Shown: piece after piece, positions 1 to 9,316 of the stretch | Numbering within the stretch: position 1 is the first letter of the stretch | How the letters are laid out: each line of letters begins with the position of its first letter | Source: a virus | Taxonomy: Duplodnaviria > Heunggongvirae > Uroviricota > Caudoviricetes | Reading direction: 5' to 3' (one strand) | DNA: 64,000 nucleotides | IMG/VR virus record: IMGVR_UViG_2778261087_000003 | Notes under the pieces: generated by a model | Databases searched by the model: none | Told to the model about the DNA's origin: nothing | Seen by the model: only the letters and a program-made list of their open reading frames with translations | Program-made: the position numbers and the translations under genes

Positions 1-598
1 TCTTCAGCAGAAAAAGCCGCACCATTGCATTTCAGCCAGCCTGTTGGCGGAGTGGCTGAAGGCCACGGAACAGGCACGCCAACGGGTAATGCCGAACCTT
101 CTCCCAAACCAAGGTTTTTGACAAACAGCGCAGGCTCAGGAATATCTGCGCCGTTCTGGTCTTTAGCCAGCTTTTCCGCCAGCTTGTTCAGTACCGTAGT
201 CGCAAAGTTTGGATCATTACCGAGAGCGTCAGCCAGCTCTTTAAGCGTATCCAGTGTCTCAGGGGCGCTGCCTGCAAGTGCCGCAAGTGCTTTGGCCACA
301 AACTCCGTCGTCGCCAGCTTTTTGCTGTTATCACCATTTGCAGGTGTAGGTGCTGTTGGTGTGCCGGTGAATGTCGGACTGGCTTTCGTCGCGTACTGGG
401 TATGCGGGTCAACTGCCGCGATATGTGCAGCCAGGTCTGTTCCGCTTTTTTCGACCTTCTGTTTGAGGTATGACGTTCGGCTGGCCAGTTGTTTAGCCTG
501 GCGGTTAGAAATTCCGTCAGGTCCGCCCAGAACGGGGTCAGAGACCTCAATCTGGTAGATGCCGTCTTCCCACTGCGGGGTTTCGGGTAGATTTGCCA
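1..598 (-). CDS. Tail fibre protein, 5' portion only (gene runs off the left edge)
   Basis: Minus-strand ATG at 598-596 gives MANLPETPQWEDGIYQIEVSDPVLGGPDG...; further in it reads ...GLGEGSALPVGVPVPWPSATPPTGWLKCNGAAF, the same motif as the host-range region of the tail fibre at 40061-41959. Plus-strand ORF 25-558 is its antisense. Confidence 0.8.
98..123. other. gix/cix-like recombination crossover site inside the tail-fibre gene
   Basis: TTCTCCCAAACC-AA-GGTTTTTGACAAA: two half sites ending AAACC / GGTTT around a 2-bp AA core (111-112), the pattern of Gin/Cin/Hin sites; lies exactly where the constant and variable fibre parts join. Confidence 0.55.
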
Positions 599-601
599 TA
601 A

Positions 602-1180
602 TTAACTGCTCCCGTGGTTGTAACTACCGTCATAACGGGTAGTACTGTTGTATCGAATGGCGACAGACTGATATTCCAGACTTGCCAGATGACAGCGAGC
701 CGGAGCAAAGGCAGCAAGCGTCTGACGTAACAGCGCCGCCTGATCGTTAGTGATGGGTTGTTGAAGGATGACGCGATAGACTGCCCAGGCTTGTGCATCA
801 CCATGGACGAAAAGCCCGTTGTACGTGTGTCTGCCGTCATAGCCAATCTGCCCCGTACCTTCAATCAGATCCACTTCGCCGAAGCCAAAACGGCGGATAA
901 TTTCCCGGATTGACCACGGTGTTCCTTTATAGCGGTGTAGCTCGATAGCGGATTTGATAAGCATGCGGCGTACATCGTCCGATTCCGCCAGTTCCCAGCC
1001 ATCGCCGAACAGCGAGAACTGCTCGCCAAGCCATGGCAGCGCGGAACTGTCGACAATATCGACGAGACCGACCATCAGTACGCTCAGGTCGATGTTATCC
1101 AGCCGTCCGGCCAGTCTTCCCAGCGTTCTGAGACTGATATCACCCTCAAGCGGTGGCGGGAGTTGTAGCACCTCAGCCAT
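602..1180 (-). CDS. Baseplate/tail protein (P2 gpI-like, Mu gp48-like)
   Basis: 192 aa, immediately upstream of tail fibre and downstream of J-like gene; position and size typical of gpI. Confidence 0.55.
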   Translation of the reverse strand: MAEVLQLPPPLEGDISLRTLGRLAGRLDNIDLSVLMVGLVDIVDSSALPWLGEQFSLFGDGWELAESDDVRRMLIKSAIELHRYKGTPWSIREIIRRFGFGEVDLIEGTGQIGYDGRHTYNGLFVHGDAQAWAVYRVILQQPITNDQAALLRQTLAAFAPARCHLASLEYQSVAIRYNSTTRYDGSYNHGSS

Positions 1181-2276
1181 CGGACACCCCGGTCATGTTA
1201 AGAGTGATCGCCGTACAGTTTGCCCATTCGTTTTCTGCCACCACCCTCAGTGCCGGTGTCACCAGTTCGACCTGGTACACCCCGGAAACGGACAACACGC
1301 TGATAATCTGGCTGGGAACAATATCGCGCCCCAGCGTGGCGGTACGGGATGCCACCCAGTTCTGTATGGCGCTGTTAGCGTTGTCCTTTACCAACCTTGC
1401 ATCCTGATCACGATAGATCGTAATCCTGGCTTCAATGGTGTAATCCACCTGAACAGGTGTTTTAGCCCGCACGGTATCAGTGAGTGGTCTGACTTTTTCG
1501 TCAGAACAGAAACTCTCTACCAGAGTGAGGATACTGCTGTCCGGCAGACCAGTGCTGAGCAGCGGATACAGCTCGACAGTGCCGGGAACGGGAGAAAGAA
1601 CAGCAACGTCGACAATGCCGGGATGCGCCCCCATAGCATGAAAACGGTATGCACCACGGCTTCCGGCATTGGTGAATGACTCCGGGGCCAGCCTGATACG
1701 CTCCCGGAGCCGGTCATCGTCTTCCTGCTCTGAACCGCCAGAGCTGGCCGTCAGATTGGTCACCAGCAGGTCAATGTTATCAATCTCATCGAGTAACTGA
1801 CTGACCTGCGCCGGTTGCCAGCCGTTGCCAGCGGTACCCGGCTCGGTACAGGTGGCCGTGACATTGACCAGCAGCAATCCGGCCTTCAGCACCACGTCTG
1901 TATCGGTGGCAAAAATAATACTGTCGGAAGCGCTGACGCGGGTGCCTGCCGGGATCAGCACATCAATGGCCAGTGCCTCATCCACAGAGAACTGAAGTGT
2001 GGTGGTGGCAGGCTGCGCGGCAAGGCGGTATACACCGACCAGTTCACCGAGGTAATCAATCATCGGCTCACGGGAAAAAGCGACCAGATTCTGCTTCGCC
2101 GCCTCCTGTACTGCCACCCTGACCAGCATTTCGCGATAGGCCCACAGGTCAATCAGCAGACGTTCAGCCTGTGCCGGGTACAGCGTTTTTCCGGTATCCG
2201 CTTCATACTTCGCAATCATTTCTGCCGTGATTTTATCGGCATCGCGTTCAATAAAATCGGGTTCTGTCAGCGCCAT
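1173..2276 (-). CDS. Baseplate protein J-like (Mu gp47-like)
   Basis: 367 aa, overlaps neighbours by a few nt, sits between gpW-like and gpI-like genes. Confidence 0.7.
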   Translation of the reverse strand: MALTEPDFIERDADKITAEMIAKYEADTGKTLYPAQAERLLIDLWAYREMLVRVAVQEAAKQNLVAFSREPMIDYLGELVGVYRLAAQPATTTLQFSVDEALAIDVLIPAGTRVSASDSIIFATDTDVVLKAGLLLVNVTATCTEPGTAGNGWQPAQVSQLLDEIDNIDLLVTNLTASSGGSEQEDDDRLRERIRLAPESFTNAGSRGAYRFHAMGAHPGIVDVAVLSPVPGTVELYPLLSTGLPDSSILTLVESFCSDEKVRPLTDTVRAKTPVQVDYTIEARITIYRDQDARLVKDNANSAIQNWVASRTATLGRDIVPSQIISVLSVSGVYQVELVTPALRVVAENEWANCTAITLNMTGVSDG

Positions 2277-2614
2277 AGCAGTTCCTGAGTACGGGGTTGT
2301 CCGTCTGAGCCTTTCCAGCTCACCCGGAGCGTAAGATGTTCGCCGTCGACGGCGGGTTTAACCGACATAAGCTGGCAGCGGGGTTCCCAGCGCCTGATGG
2401 CATCGACGGATTCGCGAACCACATGCGGAATGGCCCGGTCGACAGGCCAGTCGATATAAAGGTGCAGATTACTGCCGAACTCCGGGCGATGCGGGTCGCT
2501 GCCCCGGGGAGTCCGCAGGATGATTAGGATGGACTGCCGGATATCATCCAGCCCCCGGACAATTTCGCCGGGAGCCTGCAGAGCCGGTTGCCAGAATACT
2601 GAGGTCGTTTTCAT
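2267..2614 (-). CDS. Baseplate wedge protein gpW/gp25-like (Mu gp46-like)
   Basis: 115 aa small protein between spike V-like and J-like genes; conserved synteny. Confidence 0.6.
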   Translation of the reverse strand: MKTTSVFWQPALQAPGEIVRGLDDIRQSILIILRTPRGSDPHRPEFGSNLHLYIDWPVDRAIPHVVRESVDAIRRWEPRCQLMSVKPAVDGEHLTLRVSWKGSDGQPRTQELLWR

Positions 2615-2670
2615 GGAGGCAGTATTGCCCCCGGGAAGTAAGCGCCGATATTAAAGGCGTTTAAGAAGGT

Positions 2671-3198
2671 TCAATGGGAGTGGTGATTAGAGTTCTGACC
2701 ATCAGCAAATATGTCACCCGTTGCATGGGCGCTTCCGTTGATTTCCAGATCACCATTGAGTGTCGCGGGACCGTTGATTGTGGTAACTCCCGTGAGGTCA
2801 ATGTTTTTCCCTTTGAGAGAGATATCAGCGGCAACCTCCACCACGATATGCTCAATACCTCCTCTGACCGTCAGCGTATGGGTCGCGCGGTTATAACTGA
2901 ACTCCGCGCCATCAGCGTATTTCGTACCCCGGACGTTTTTATCACTGAACGGCGGTTTATCGACGTCTGAGTACACCGCGCCCAGAATAACACCATCCTC
3001 GCCGTTGGCATCGAGCAGCACCTCAACCTGCTCCCCCACGTCAGGGAGCCAGTAATCCTTGTTATCCTGGGTATTGCGCTGTAGCACGTTAAGCCAGTTT
3101 GTGCGCAGATTATCGCATTCAGGCAGACGAACGCGGGCCTGAACCCTGTCGGCATCAACGGCACTGACCGTACCGACCTGACGGGTGACACCAGTCAT
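2671..3198 (-). CDS. Baseplate spike/hub protein gpV-like (Mu gp45-like)
   Basis: 175 aa, MTGVTRQVGTVSAVDADRVQARVRLPE... N-terminal OB-fold-like segment typical of gpV spike proteins. Confidence 0.65.
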   Translation of the reverse strand: MTGVTRQVGTVSAVDADRVQARVRLPECDNLRTNWLNVLQRNTQDNKDYWLPDVGEQVEVLLDANGEDGVILGAVYSDVDKPPFSDKNVRGTKYADGAEFSYNRATHTLTVRGGIEHIVVEVAADISLKGKNIDLTGVTTINGPATLNGDLEINGSAHATGDIFADGQNSNHHSH

Positions 3199-4349
3199 TT
3201 TTTCTTCTCCTTAATCACCGTCGATGTACTGCCATCCGGGTGATAAACCGTGAGTTTCTGAGTTTTTTGTTTTTTCCCTCTTGTGACTGGCCCCCGTGCC
3301 ACTTCCAGCTCTGTGGTGTAGCCGCTGTTACGCTCAAACGCATGGCGGGCAGTGATTATCAGCCATGGACCGGATAACTGTCCAAAGCCCACCAGTTCAA
3401 TTTTGTTGCCTGCTGTCAGTTGAGGCGTTCCCGTCAGCGTCAGGGAGCCGTTCTGCTGGTATTCGTTATGTCTGGCCAGTGCTGAATCCGCTTTAATCCG
3501 GGCACTGTCCGGGTCGCTGACGCGGCTGTTAACTTTAAGTGAGTCAGCGCTGGTAACCTTACCACCTTTGAGCTTTTTGTCGCTTTCACGGGTACCACCA
3601 TCAGCTTCGTAGACGATCAGTTTTTTACTGCTGCTTTTCTGGTGTTTTACCTTTGCAGATTTATAGACCCGGTTGATGGTGTCACGCAGGGAAAAGCGGG
3701 CCACATCCTGCGGTTTTAACTGCCTGACCGGCTCCTGACTGCGCAGTGTGGCCAGATGAGAAAAAATCAGCTGGTCACTGACCACTTTCACTGCATAACC
3801 ATACTCGCTGGCCAGCCGGCGCAGAAAACCCACGTCGGTTTCAGCATACTGGGTCACCCGGTCGATTCTGATGGACTCAATGCTGCCCACCAGTTTCAGC
3901 CGGTGCTTTCTGGCAATCCGCCCCGCAACAGCCGCCAGCGTGGTGTTCTCAAAACCACGGCTGGATTTAGTCCGCAGAGCACTGTTAACCGAGGTGGCCA
4001 CCCCACGGATAGCGACAACGGACGCGGGCGAACTCACTTCGATCTCGTCTATTGAGAATGTACCGCAGGACAGCAGTTTCTCGCCCTGATAACCCATTTT
4101 CAGCGTCAGCGTGTCACCCTTGCCCGGATACCACTTATCCAGCCAGCGGCCATCGGTGTCGTCCAGCTCCACCTCAATGGTATCGGACTCATTTTTGATG
4201 TTATCGCTCCAGACCACACGGGTGACATAAGGCGCGATATCAGAGGTGATGTTTTTCTGCAGATACCACAGCGTGAACACCGGTGTCAGCACATCGCTGA
4301 CGACGGTTAACGCTGATGCGGCCTGTGCAGTGCTGTTTATCTCAGCCAT
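3195..4349 (-). CDS. Tail protein gpD-like (Mu P/gp44-like)
   Basis: 384 aa, follows gpU-like and X-like genes as in P2/Mu tail modules. Confidence 0.6.
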   Translation of the reverse strand: MAEINSTAQAASALTVVSDVLTPVFTLWYLQKNITSDIAPYVTRVVWSDNIKNESDTIEVELDDTDGRWLDKWYPGKGDTLTLKMGYQGEKLLSCGTFSIDEIEVSSPASVVAIRGVATSVNSALRTKSSRGFENTTLAAVAGRIARKHRLKLVGSIESIRIDRVTQYAETDVGFLRRLASEYGYAVKVVSDQLIFSHLATLRSQEPVRQLKPQDVARFSLRDTINRVYKSAKVKHQKSSSKKLIVYEADGGTRESDKKLKGGKVTSADSLKVNSRVSDPDSARIKADSALARHNEYQQNGSLTLTGTPQLTAGNKIELVGFGQLSGPWLIITARHAFERNSGYTTELEVARGPVTRGKKQKTQKLTVYHPDGSTSTVIKEKKK

Positions 4350-4552
4350 GGGGCAATATCCTCTTCTGTATGGGCATCTTCAGCCTCAATAACCGGGATC
4401 AGTAACAACAACCCGGAGGGCAGCACCGGCGTAATGGCCACGTGCGGATTGGCTGCAATAATCCGGGGATAGCCCAGCGGGTCACCGTAGTACTGCCATG
4501 CCAGCGAATCCCAGCGCTCTCCGTCACGGGTAATATGTTCAAGAAACATCAC
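4337..4552 (-). CDS. Small tail protein X-like
   Basis: 71 aa ORF overlapping both neighbours, position of P2 gpX-like genes. Confidence 0.45.
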   Translation of the reverse strand: MMFLEHITRDGERWDSLAWQYYGDPLGYPRIIAANPHVAITPVLPSGLLLLIPVIEAEDAHTEEDIAPWLR

Positions 4553-5433
4553 ACACTCCTCGTCAGTATTCTGGCGGCCATTGCACTTAATCCCGGAGAC
4601 ATGCGGTTGAATGCTGTGCCGGCGGCGTTAAGCTGCCCGGAAACGGTATCCAGAGCACCTGCAATATTTCTTTTGTCCACACCACTCAGCGCCGACTGCG
4701 CCTGCTGTACATACGTGGCTGCCTCACTGGCTGTTCTGGCCAGACTGATGGCATCGGGCATGGATTCAGAAAGTGCATTAAACGCCGGAACACTTTTCCC
4801 CAGAGCCCCGGATATATTACCCAGTCCGCTCATCAGTCCCGGCACACGGGTCAGCGCGACAACAGGGTTACCCTTCATTTTCTGCGCCACCCGAACGGCA
4901 CTGATAGTGGTCTGTAGTACAGACTGCGCCTGTTTCGCATAGTTGACGCCGTTACGGACGAACTGAGCCACCCCGGAAGGCGATGGAACAGCACCAGATA
5001 TGGCCCCGGCACCGGGAACCTGCCTGCGTATTGCCGGCGGTTGCAGAGGATTTTTCGGGTCACCGGTGTATTCCCGGAGAGACACGGTGGCACTGACAGC
5101 CAGCACGTTACCGGTGCTGTCTGTCTGCTCGCTGGTTGCGGTCACATCGGTAATCACGAACCAGCCGCGATAGTCACCGTTGCCGAAGACCAGCGCCAGT
5201 GCCTGATGGGCCTTCATGGCTGTTCGCACTCTCGCCAGCTCCACGTCGGGCACACAATAATGCTGATGGAAGACCAGGCTTATCTGGATTTCGTCCAGCC
5301 TGTCGCCGACGAACTGCAGGCCGGGTTTACCCTCGATGCGGGCATGCTCCGCATAATCGACGCCAAACGTGGCCTCGAAGCCGTCCCAGTAGGTAATCAG
5401 TTCAAACTCAATATCACCCAGTACGGCAAACAT
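4549..5433 (-). CDS. Tail protein, gpU-like / DNA circulation N-like
   Basis: 294 aa, MFAVLGDIEFELITYWDGFEATFGVDYAEHARIEGKPGLQFVGDRLDEI... directly downstream of tape measure. Confidence 0.5.
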   Translation of the reverse strand: MFAVLGDIEFELITYWDGFEATFGVDYAEHARIEGKPGLQFVGDRLDEIQISLVFHQHYCVPDVELARVRTAMKAHQALALVFGNGDYRGWFVITDVTATSEQTDSTGNVLAVSATVSLREYTGDPKNPLQPPAIRRQVPGAGAISGAVPSPSGVAQFVRNGVNYAKQAQSVLQTTISAVRVAQKMKGNPVVALTRVPGLMSGLGNISGALGKSVPAFNALSESMPDAISLARTASEAATYVQQAQSALSGVDKRNIAGALDTVSGQLNAAGTAFNRMSPGLSAMAARILTRSV

Positions 5434-7898
5434 CAGCTGTACTCCTTACGTTGTTTCTGAGCCAGCAGACGCTCCAGCATTTTTTCCAGCTCATGCAGGC
5501 TCATATTCAGGGCACCAGCCAGCCCGGCAGGCGCTGCGGTTTCCTTACCATTGAGGAAAAACTGAGGATTAAAGCTGACCTGGATACCGCCAGACGCTCC
5601 ACCGCCGGTTGCCGTTGCGCCACGGCCTGAATATCCGGCAGCCATGATTTCCGGCGATGGGATACGGGGAACATCCGGTGTCATTTCAGCGGCCAGGCGC
5701 TGCCCGGCCAGTGCAGCAAGCGGAGTGGTTCGTTGCAGGCCAATGGCGGCACCCTGCGCGATATTGTCACCAAAGCCTATAAACACGCGACTCGGTGAAT
5801 GGATGCCCAGCTTTTCGCTGAACCAGTCACTGATGCTGTCACCCATTCCGGTTATGCTGGTTTTCAGTGACGCCCATTTGTTTCTGATGCCATTTATCAG
5901 CCCGTCAATAAGATGACCACCGAAGTCGGTGAATTTCGCCGGCAAATCAACGCCGAGATATTTCAGCGCAGCCGCAAAGGCTTTATAAAGCAGACCTGCC
6001 GGAGACCAGTTAACCAGCAGTTTACCAGTTCCCGCGATACCGCCGTTAAAGGCTTCCTGAATGTCAGCCCAGCGCTGTTTAAACCAGCTACTGACCGCGC
6101 CCCAGTTGCGGTAGATAAGGTAAGCTGCTGCCGCGACGGCGGTGATAGCGAGACCGATGGGATTCATCATCAGCGCCCGGCCAATCCAGAGAACGGCACG
6201 CCCGGCGCTCATAATTCCGCGAACCAGCCCCCCTGAGAGCACACCACCCAGTGTTCTGGCTCCTCTGGCGACAGCACCAAAGCCTGTCACCAGCCAGCGG
6301 AGTTTACCGCCTTCCCCCAGTGCGAGCGTCAGACGAAGCCAGTTGGCCCGAAGTAAAACAGCATTTTTCCAGACGCTTACAAAGGGGGAAAGAAGGAGAT
6401 TCAGCCCAAGCTTGAGACCGATAGTGGCCATCCTGAAAGCGAGTAATGCGCCCACAACCTTTATGGTGCTGCTGACGAGCTGCGGATTTGCCGCTATCCA
6501 TTTGCCAACACTGTCCATTAAAGGAATAAATGTTTCACCCAACTGGAGCAAAGCCGGACGCAAGGATTGCCCGATGCTGATAGCAGAATCATTAAAGCCG
6601 ATCTGCATTCTGCGCCAGCGGCCTTCAAGCGTATCATTCTGCTTTGCAGCATCCTTATCCAGGGTAGAAATTGCAGCCGGAGCATTCATTTCCTGCTTAC
6701 TGGAAAGGTATTTATCCCAGCCCTGTCGCATTGACAGTAAATGGTTGACAGTCTGAATATCGGTAAAGACCTCAGCCAGACCAAATGACTCCATGAGTTT
6801 CTGCTGACCTTCCTGATCGCCTCTTGCTCCTGCAGCTTTCCATTGCTGCAAGAACGCTTTGCCTTTACTGTCGATAAAACGGTTGGCAATCATCAGTGAA
6901 GCTTCGTACTGCGAAAAACCCTGAGCGACGTAATTCTGCATTGACCCCTGGTAATCCACCCCGGCTTTAGCATATTTCTGGATGGTATCTCCGCGGCCCA
7001 TTGCTGCCAGCCAGTTGGACATATTGGTGACCGCTTCCTCTGCAGAGCCACTACCTTTACCGACCTCCAGACTGGCAACAATCTGGGTAATCGCATCTTT
7101 TCCATAAATACCACGAGCAGCGAAGGCTTTAGCCATACCGGGTAATGCTTTTGCCATATCCTTCAGCTCAAATGACCCAAGTTTGGCTCCTGTTGCCGCA
7201 ATACCAAACGCCTGTTCAAGTTCTTTCGCATCAGTGATTCTGAGTGCATCGCTGAAGGCATAAGTCATTTTGGCAAGGTCGGTCATATCGGCTTTGGTTG
7301 CTGTAGCGGTCTTTCCAAGCATCTCTGCAAACGTTGCTGCCCGTTCGGGGGCCATACCATCAGCAACTAATTGTCCGACTCCCCCTAACAGAGACTCCTG
7401 CAGTTGGTTAACCTTCAGCGAGGCCTGTCTGATAGCCTGGCCAATTGCACGTTCCTGTTTTGCATCCAGGTCTCCTGTGACACTGATATCCCGCAACTGT
7501 GATTCAAACGAGGCATATTGTTTAACCGAGGCCATGACCGGTGCGCCCAGCGTTCTGCCAATAGCATAGGTTTCTGCACCCTGACCATAGAGCGCCAGGC
7601 GGTTAGCCTTCAACGCATCACCGATGGCTGATACTGCTGACAGACGGCGCTGCTGACGTTCAATTTGCTCCATGGTGCGGCTTACCCGCAGCAACTCGCT
7701 GTTGAGATGCAGCATCCGGGAAGAACCCAACTGACCATAACGTTCTGTTGCCCGGGTTAAGGCATTCTGGCGTTCCTGCAGACGGCGGGAGGTATCACCA
7801 AGGGAATCAAGGGCGCGTCGGGTGCCACTGACGGCTGAGCGGAAGCTGCTCCCGACAATGCCGCCAATAATGACGCCGACTGAAAATTCACTGGCCAC
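5433..7898 (-). CDS. Tail tape measure protein
   Basis: 821 aa, Ala/Gly-rich helical protein with hydrophobic central segments, located between chaperone pair and baseplate genes. Confidence 0.85.
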   Translation of the reverse strand: MASEFSVGVIIGGIVGSSFRSAVSGTRRALDSLGDTSRRLQERQNALTRATERYGQLGSSRMLHLNSELLRVSRTMEQIERQQRRLSAVSAIGDALKANRLALYGQGAETYAIGRTLGAPVMASVKQYASFESQLRDISVTGDLDAKQERAIGQAIRQASLKVNQLQESLLGGVGQLVADGMAPERAATFAEMLGKTATATKADMTDLAKMTYAFSDALRITDAKELEQAFGIAATGAKLGSFELKDMAKALPGMAKAFAARGIYGKDAITQIVASLEVGKGSGSAEEAVTNMSNWLAAMGRGDTIQKYAKAGVDYQGSMQNYVAQGFSQYEASLMIANRFIDSKGKAFLQQWKAAGARGDQEGQQKLMESFGLAEVFTDIQTVNHLLSMRQGWDKYLSSKQEMNAPAAISTLDKDAAKQNDTLEGRWRRMQIGFNDSAISIGQSLRPALLQLGETFIPLMDSVGKWIAANPQLVSSTIKVVGALLAFRMATIGLKLGLNLLLSPFVSVWKNAVLLRANWLRLTLALGEGGKLRWLVTGFGAVARGARTLGGVLSGGLVRGIMSAGRAVLWIGRALMMNPIGLAITAVAAAAYLIYRNWGAVSSWFKQRWADIQEAFNGGIAGTGKLLVNWSPAGLLYKAFAAALKYLGVDLPAKFTDFGGHLIDGLINGIRNKWASLKTSITGMGDSISDWFSEKLGIHSPSRVFIGFGDNIAQGAAIGLQRTTPLAALAGQRLAAEMTPDVPRIPSPEIMAAGYSGRGATATGGGASGGIQVSFNPQFFLNGKETAAPAGLAGALNMSLHELEKMLERLLAQKQRKEYS

Positions 7899-7991
7899 GG
7901 TGGCTATCCTCTGAAAGCAAAAAAAACGGAAGGGAAGTGTCTGAAACCCATGCAGAACAGCCGCGACTGGCGGCTGTTAAGTGATACGTTG

Positions 7992-8409
7992 TTACTGATT
8001 GTCGCCGAACTCGCTTTTGATTTGCTCTTCAGCCTGCTCCAGCCACATCTCCAGATCGTCAGTATCGAGGGCATCAATCTCCCCCGGCTGAAACCTGAAC
8101 CATCTCGCCAGCAGGCCCTGCGCCTGCATCAGTGTTTTTGTCGCTCTTGCCCAGCCCAGTGATTTTCTGAAATCGTTTCTGCAGCTCCATATAGTCGGCA
8201 AGATCCATGTTATCGAGGTCTTCCGGGAGGATACCGGTGCTACGGGCAATCAGTGGTTCGTCCCAGTCTGCCGGGTCTTTGTTGATTTTGCGCACCTGCT
8301 TCAGGTCTTTTACTGTCAGGCGTTTCAGTTCAATCTGTTCAATTCTGGTACCTGCAGCAGTGGTGAAAGGATAAGACAGCGTAAAAGTATCTGGCTGGGT
8401 CTGTGACAT
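7992..8409 (-). CDS. Tail assembly chaperone pair: 111-aa ORF (8074-8409) plus overlapping +1-frame ORF (7992-8249) with no ATG, probable programmed frameshift product
   Basis: Good RBS (AGGAG) before ATG at 8409; second frame is open through the overlap and ends ...EIDALDTDDLEMWLEQAEEQIKSEFGDNQ; arrangement directly upstream of tape measure as in P2 E/E' and Mu. Confidence 0.5.
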
Positions 8410-8475
8410 GATCGTGCTCCTGTGTAAGTTCAGGGCAGTATGTCTGGCGGTGGACGTAACGGATATTAAAGGAGA

Positions 8476-8505
8476 TTAAGAAGAAAGGGGCCGGAGCCCC
8501 TGTGA
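8476..8505 (-). terminator. Intra-operon rho-independent terminator/attenuator
   Basis: Minus-strand AGGGGC-TCCG-GCCCCT hairpin followed by TTCTTCTTAAT, between ORF 8508-8789 and the chaperone gene. Confidence 0.4.
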
Positions 8506-8507
8506 TA

Positions 8508-8789
8508 TCAGCAAGTGCGAAACCCCTTGCAGTTACGCAGGAAAGCGATGAGAAGCGCCTTTCCCTCAGATTTGCCGGTGCCGGAGAACCAGTGGTCGGG
8601 CGGCTCCCATGCTTCAATCAAATCGGCCAGTTTGCGGGCCTTTGAACGTGTGCAGTCAATCGGGTCATTGGTTTTACGGGTATTAAAAAGGTTTTCCACC
8701 CCCGGAATATCGAGAAGGGTAAACCACGTACCGTTCGACATGCCCAGTGCTGCACATCGACCTCCTTTATCAGTCAGTTCAACACTCAC
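8508..8789 (-). CDS. Hypothetical tail-module protein
   Basis: 93 aa ORF immediately after tail tube gene. Confidence 0.4.
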   Translation of the reverse strand: MSVELTDKGGRCAALGMSNGTWFTLLDIPGVENLFNTRKTNDPIDCTRSKARKLADLIEAWEPPDHWFSGTGKSEGKALLIAFLRNCKGFRTC

Positions 8790-8791
8790 TG

Positions 8792-9316
8792 TCAGCCCCC
8801 GATATTGATGCGGTAGTCGGTCAGTTGATCAACGCCACCGACGCGGAAGATGTTGGCCAGATAGTCCAGCTCCAGCAGCTCTTCACCATCCAGTACCTGT
8901 TTTATATACGTGCAGGTGAAGCTACTGGAGAACTCGGCGTTCTCGTGCTGTTTGAACGTTCCCATCGGGTTCTTCTTGAACATAATTGTCAGGAAGGTGA
9001 CCAGCGGGATTTCGTCAATCAGCCCCTGCGAGCTGTAGCGCTGGACGCTGGAACGACACTGCAGTGCCAGCGACTTATACGGGTTCGCGGCAGACAGCAT
9101 CGCATCGCGGTAAAAGCTGTTCCATTTGATTTCGCCTTCCAGTTTGTCGAAGCCAGCCGGGAGCTCCACCTTACCCACCATTCCCAGCGCTTTATGTTCC
9201 TGCATAATCATGGAGACATCGGGGAGTTTAACCTCCTCAGCCCGTCCCAGCAGGTTTACACCATCCAGATAGATGTTGGCATTCGTGATCCGGTTTATCT
9301 CAATCTTTGACATCAA
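8792..9316 (-). CDS. Tail tube protein
   Basis: 174 aa, MMSKIEINRITNANIYLDGVNLLGRAEEVKLPDVS..., start overlaps sheath stop (ATGA). Confidence 0.8.
   Translation of the reverse strand: MMSKIEINRITNANIYLDGVNLLGRAEEVKLPDVSMIMQEHKALGMVGKVELPAGFDKLEGEIKWNSFYRDAMLSAANPYKSLALQCRSSVQRYSSQGLIDEIPLVTFLTIMFKKNPMGTFKQHENAEFSSSFTCTYIKQVLDGEELLELDYLANIFRVGGVDQLTDYRINIGG

Noticed and set aside
25-558. Plus-strand ORF of 177 aa
   Set aside because: Low-complexity Ala/Ser-rich translation; it is the antisense of the minus-strand tail fibre gene, whose translation is clearly fibre-like.
8339-8617. Minus-strand ORF of 92 aa
   Set aside because: Overlaps two better-supported genes and spans a predicted terminator hairpin.
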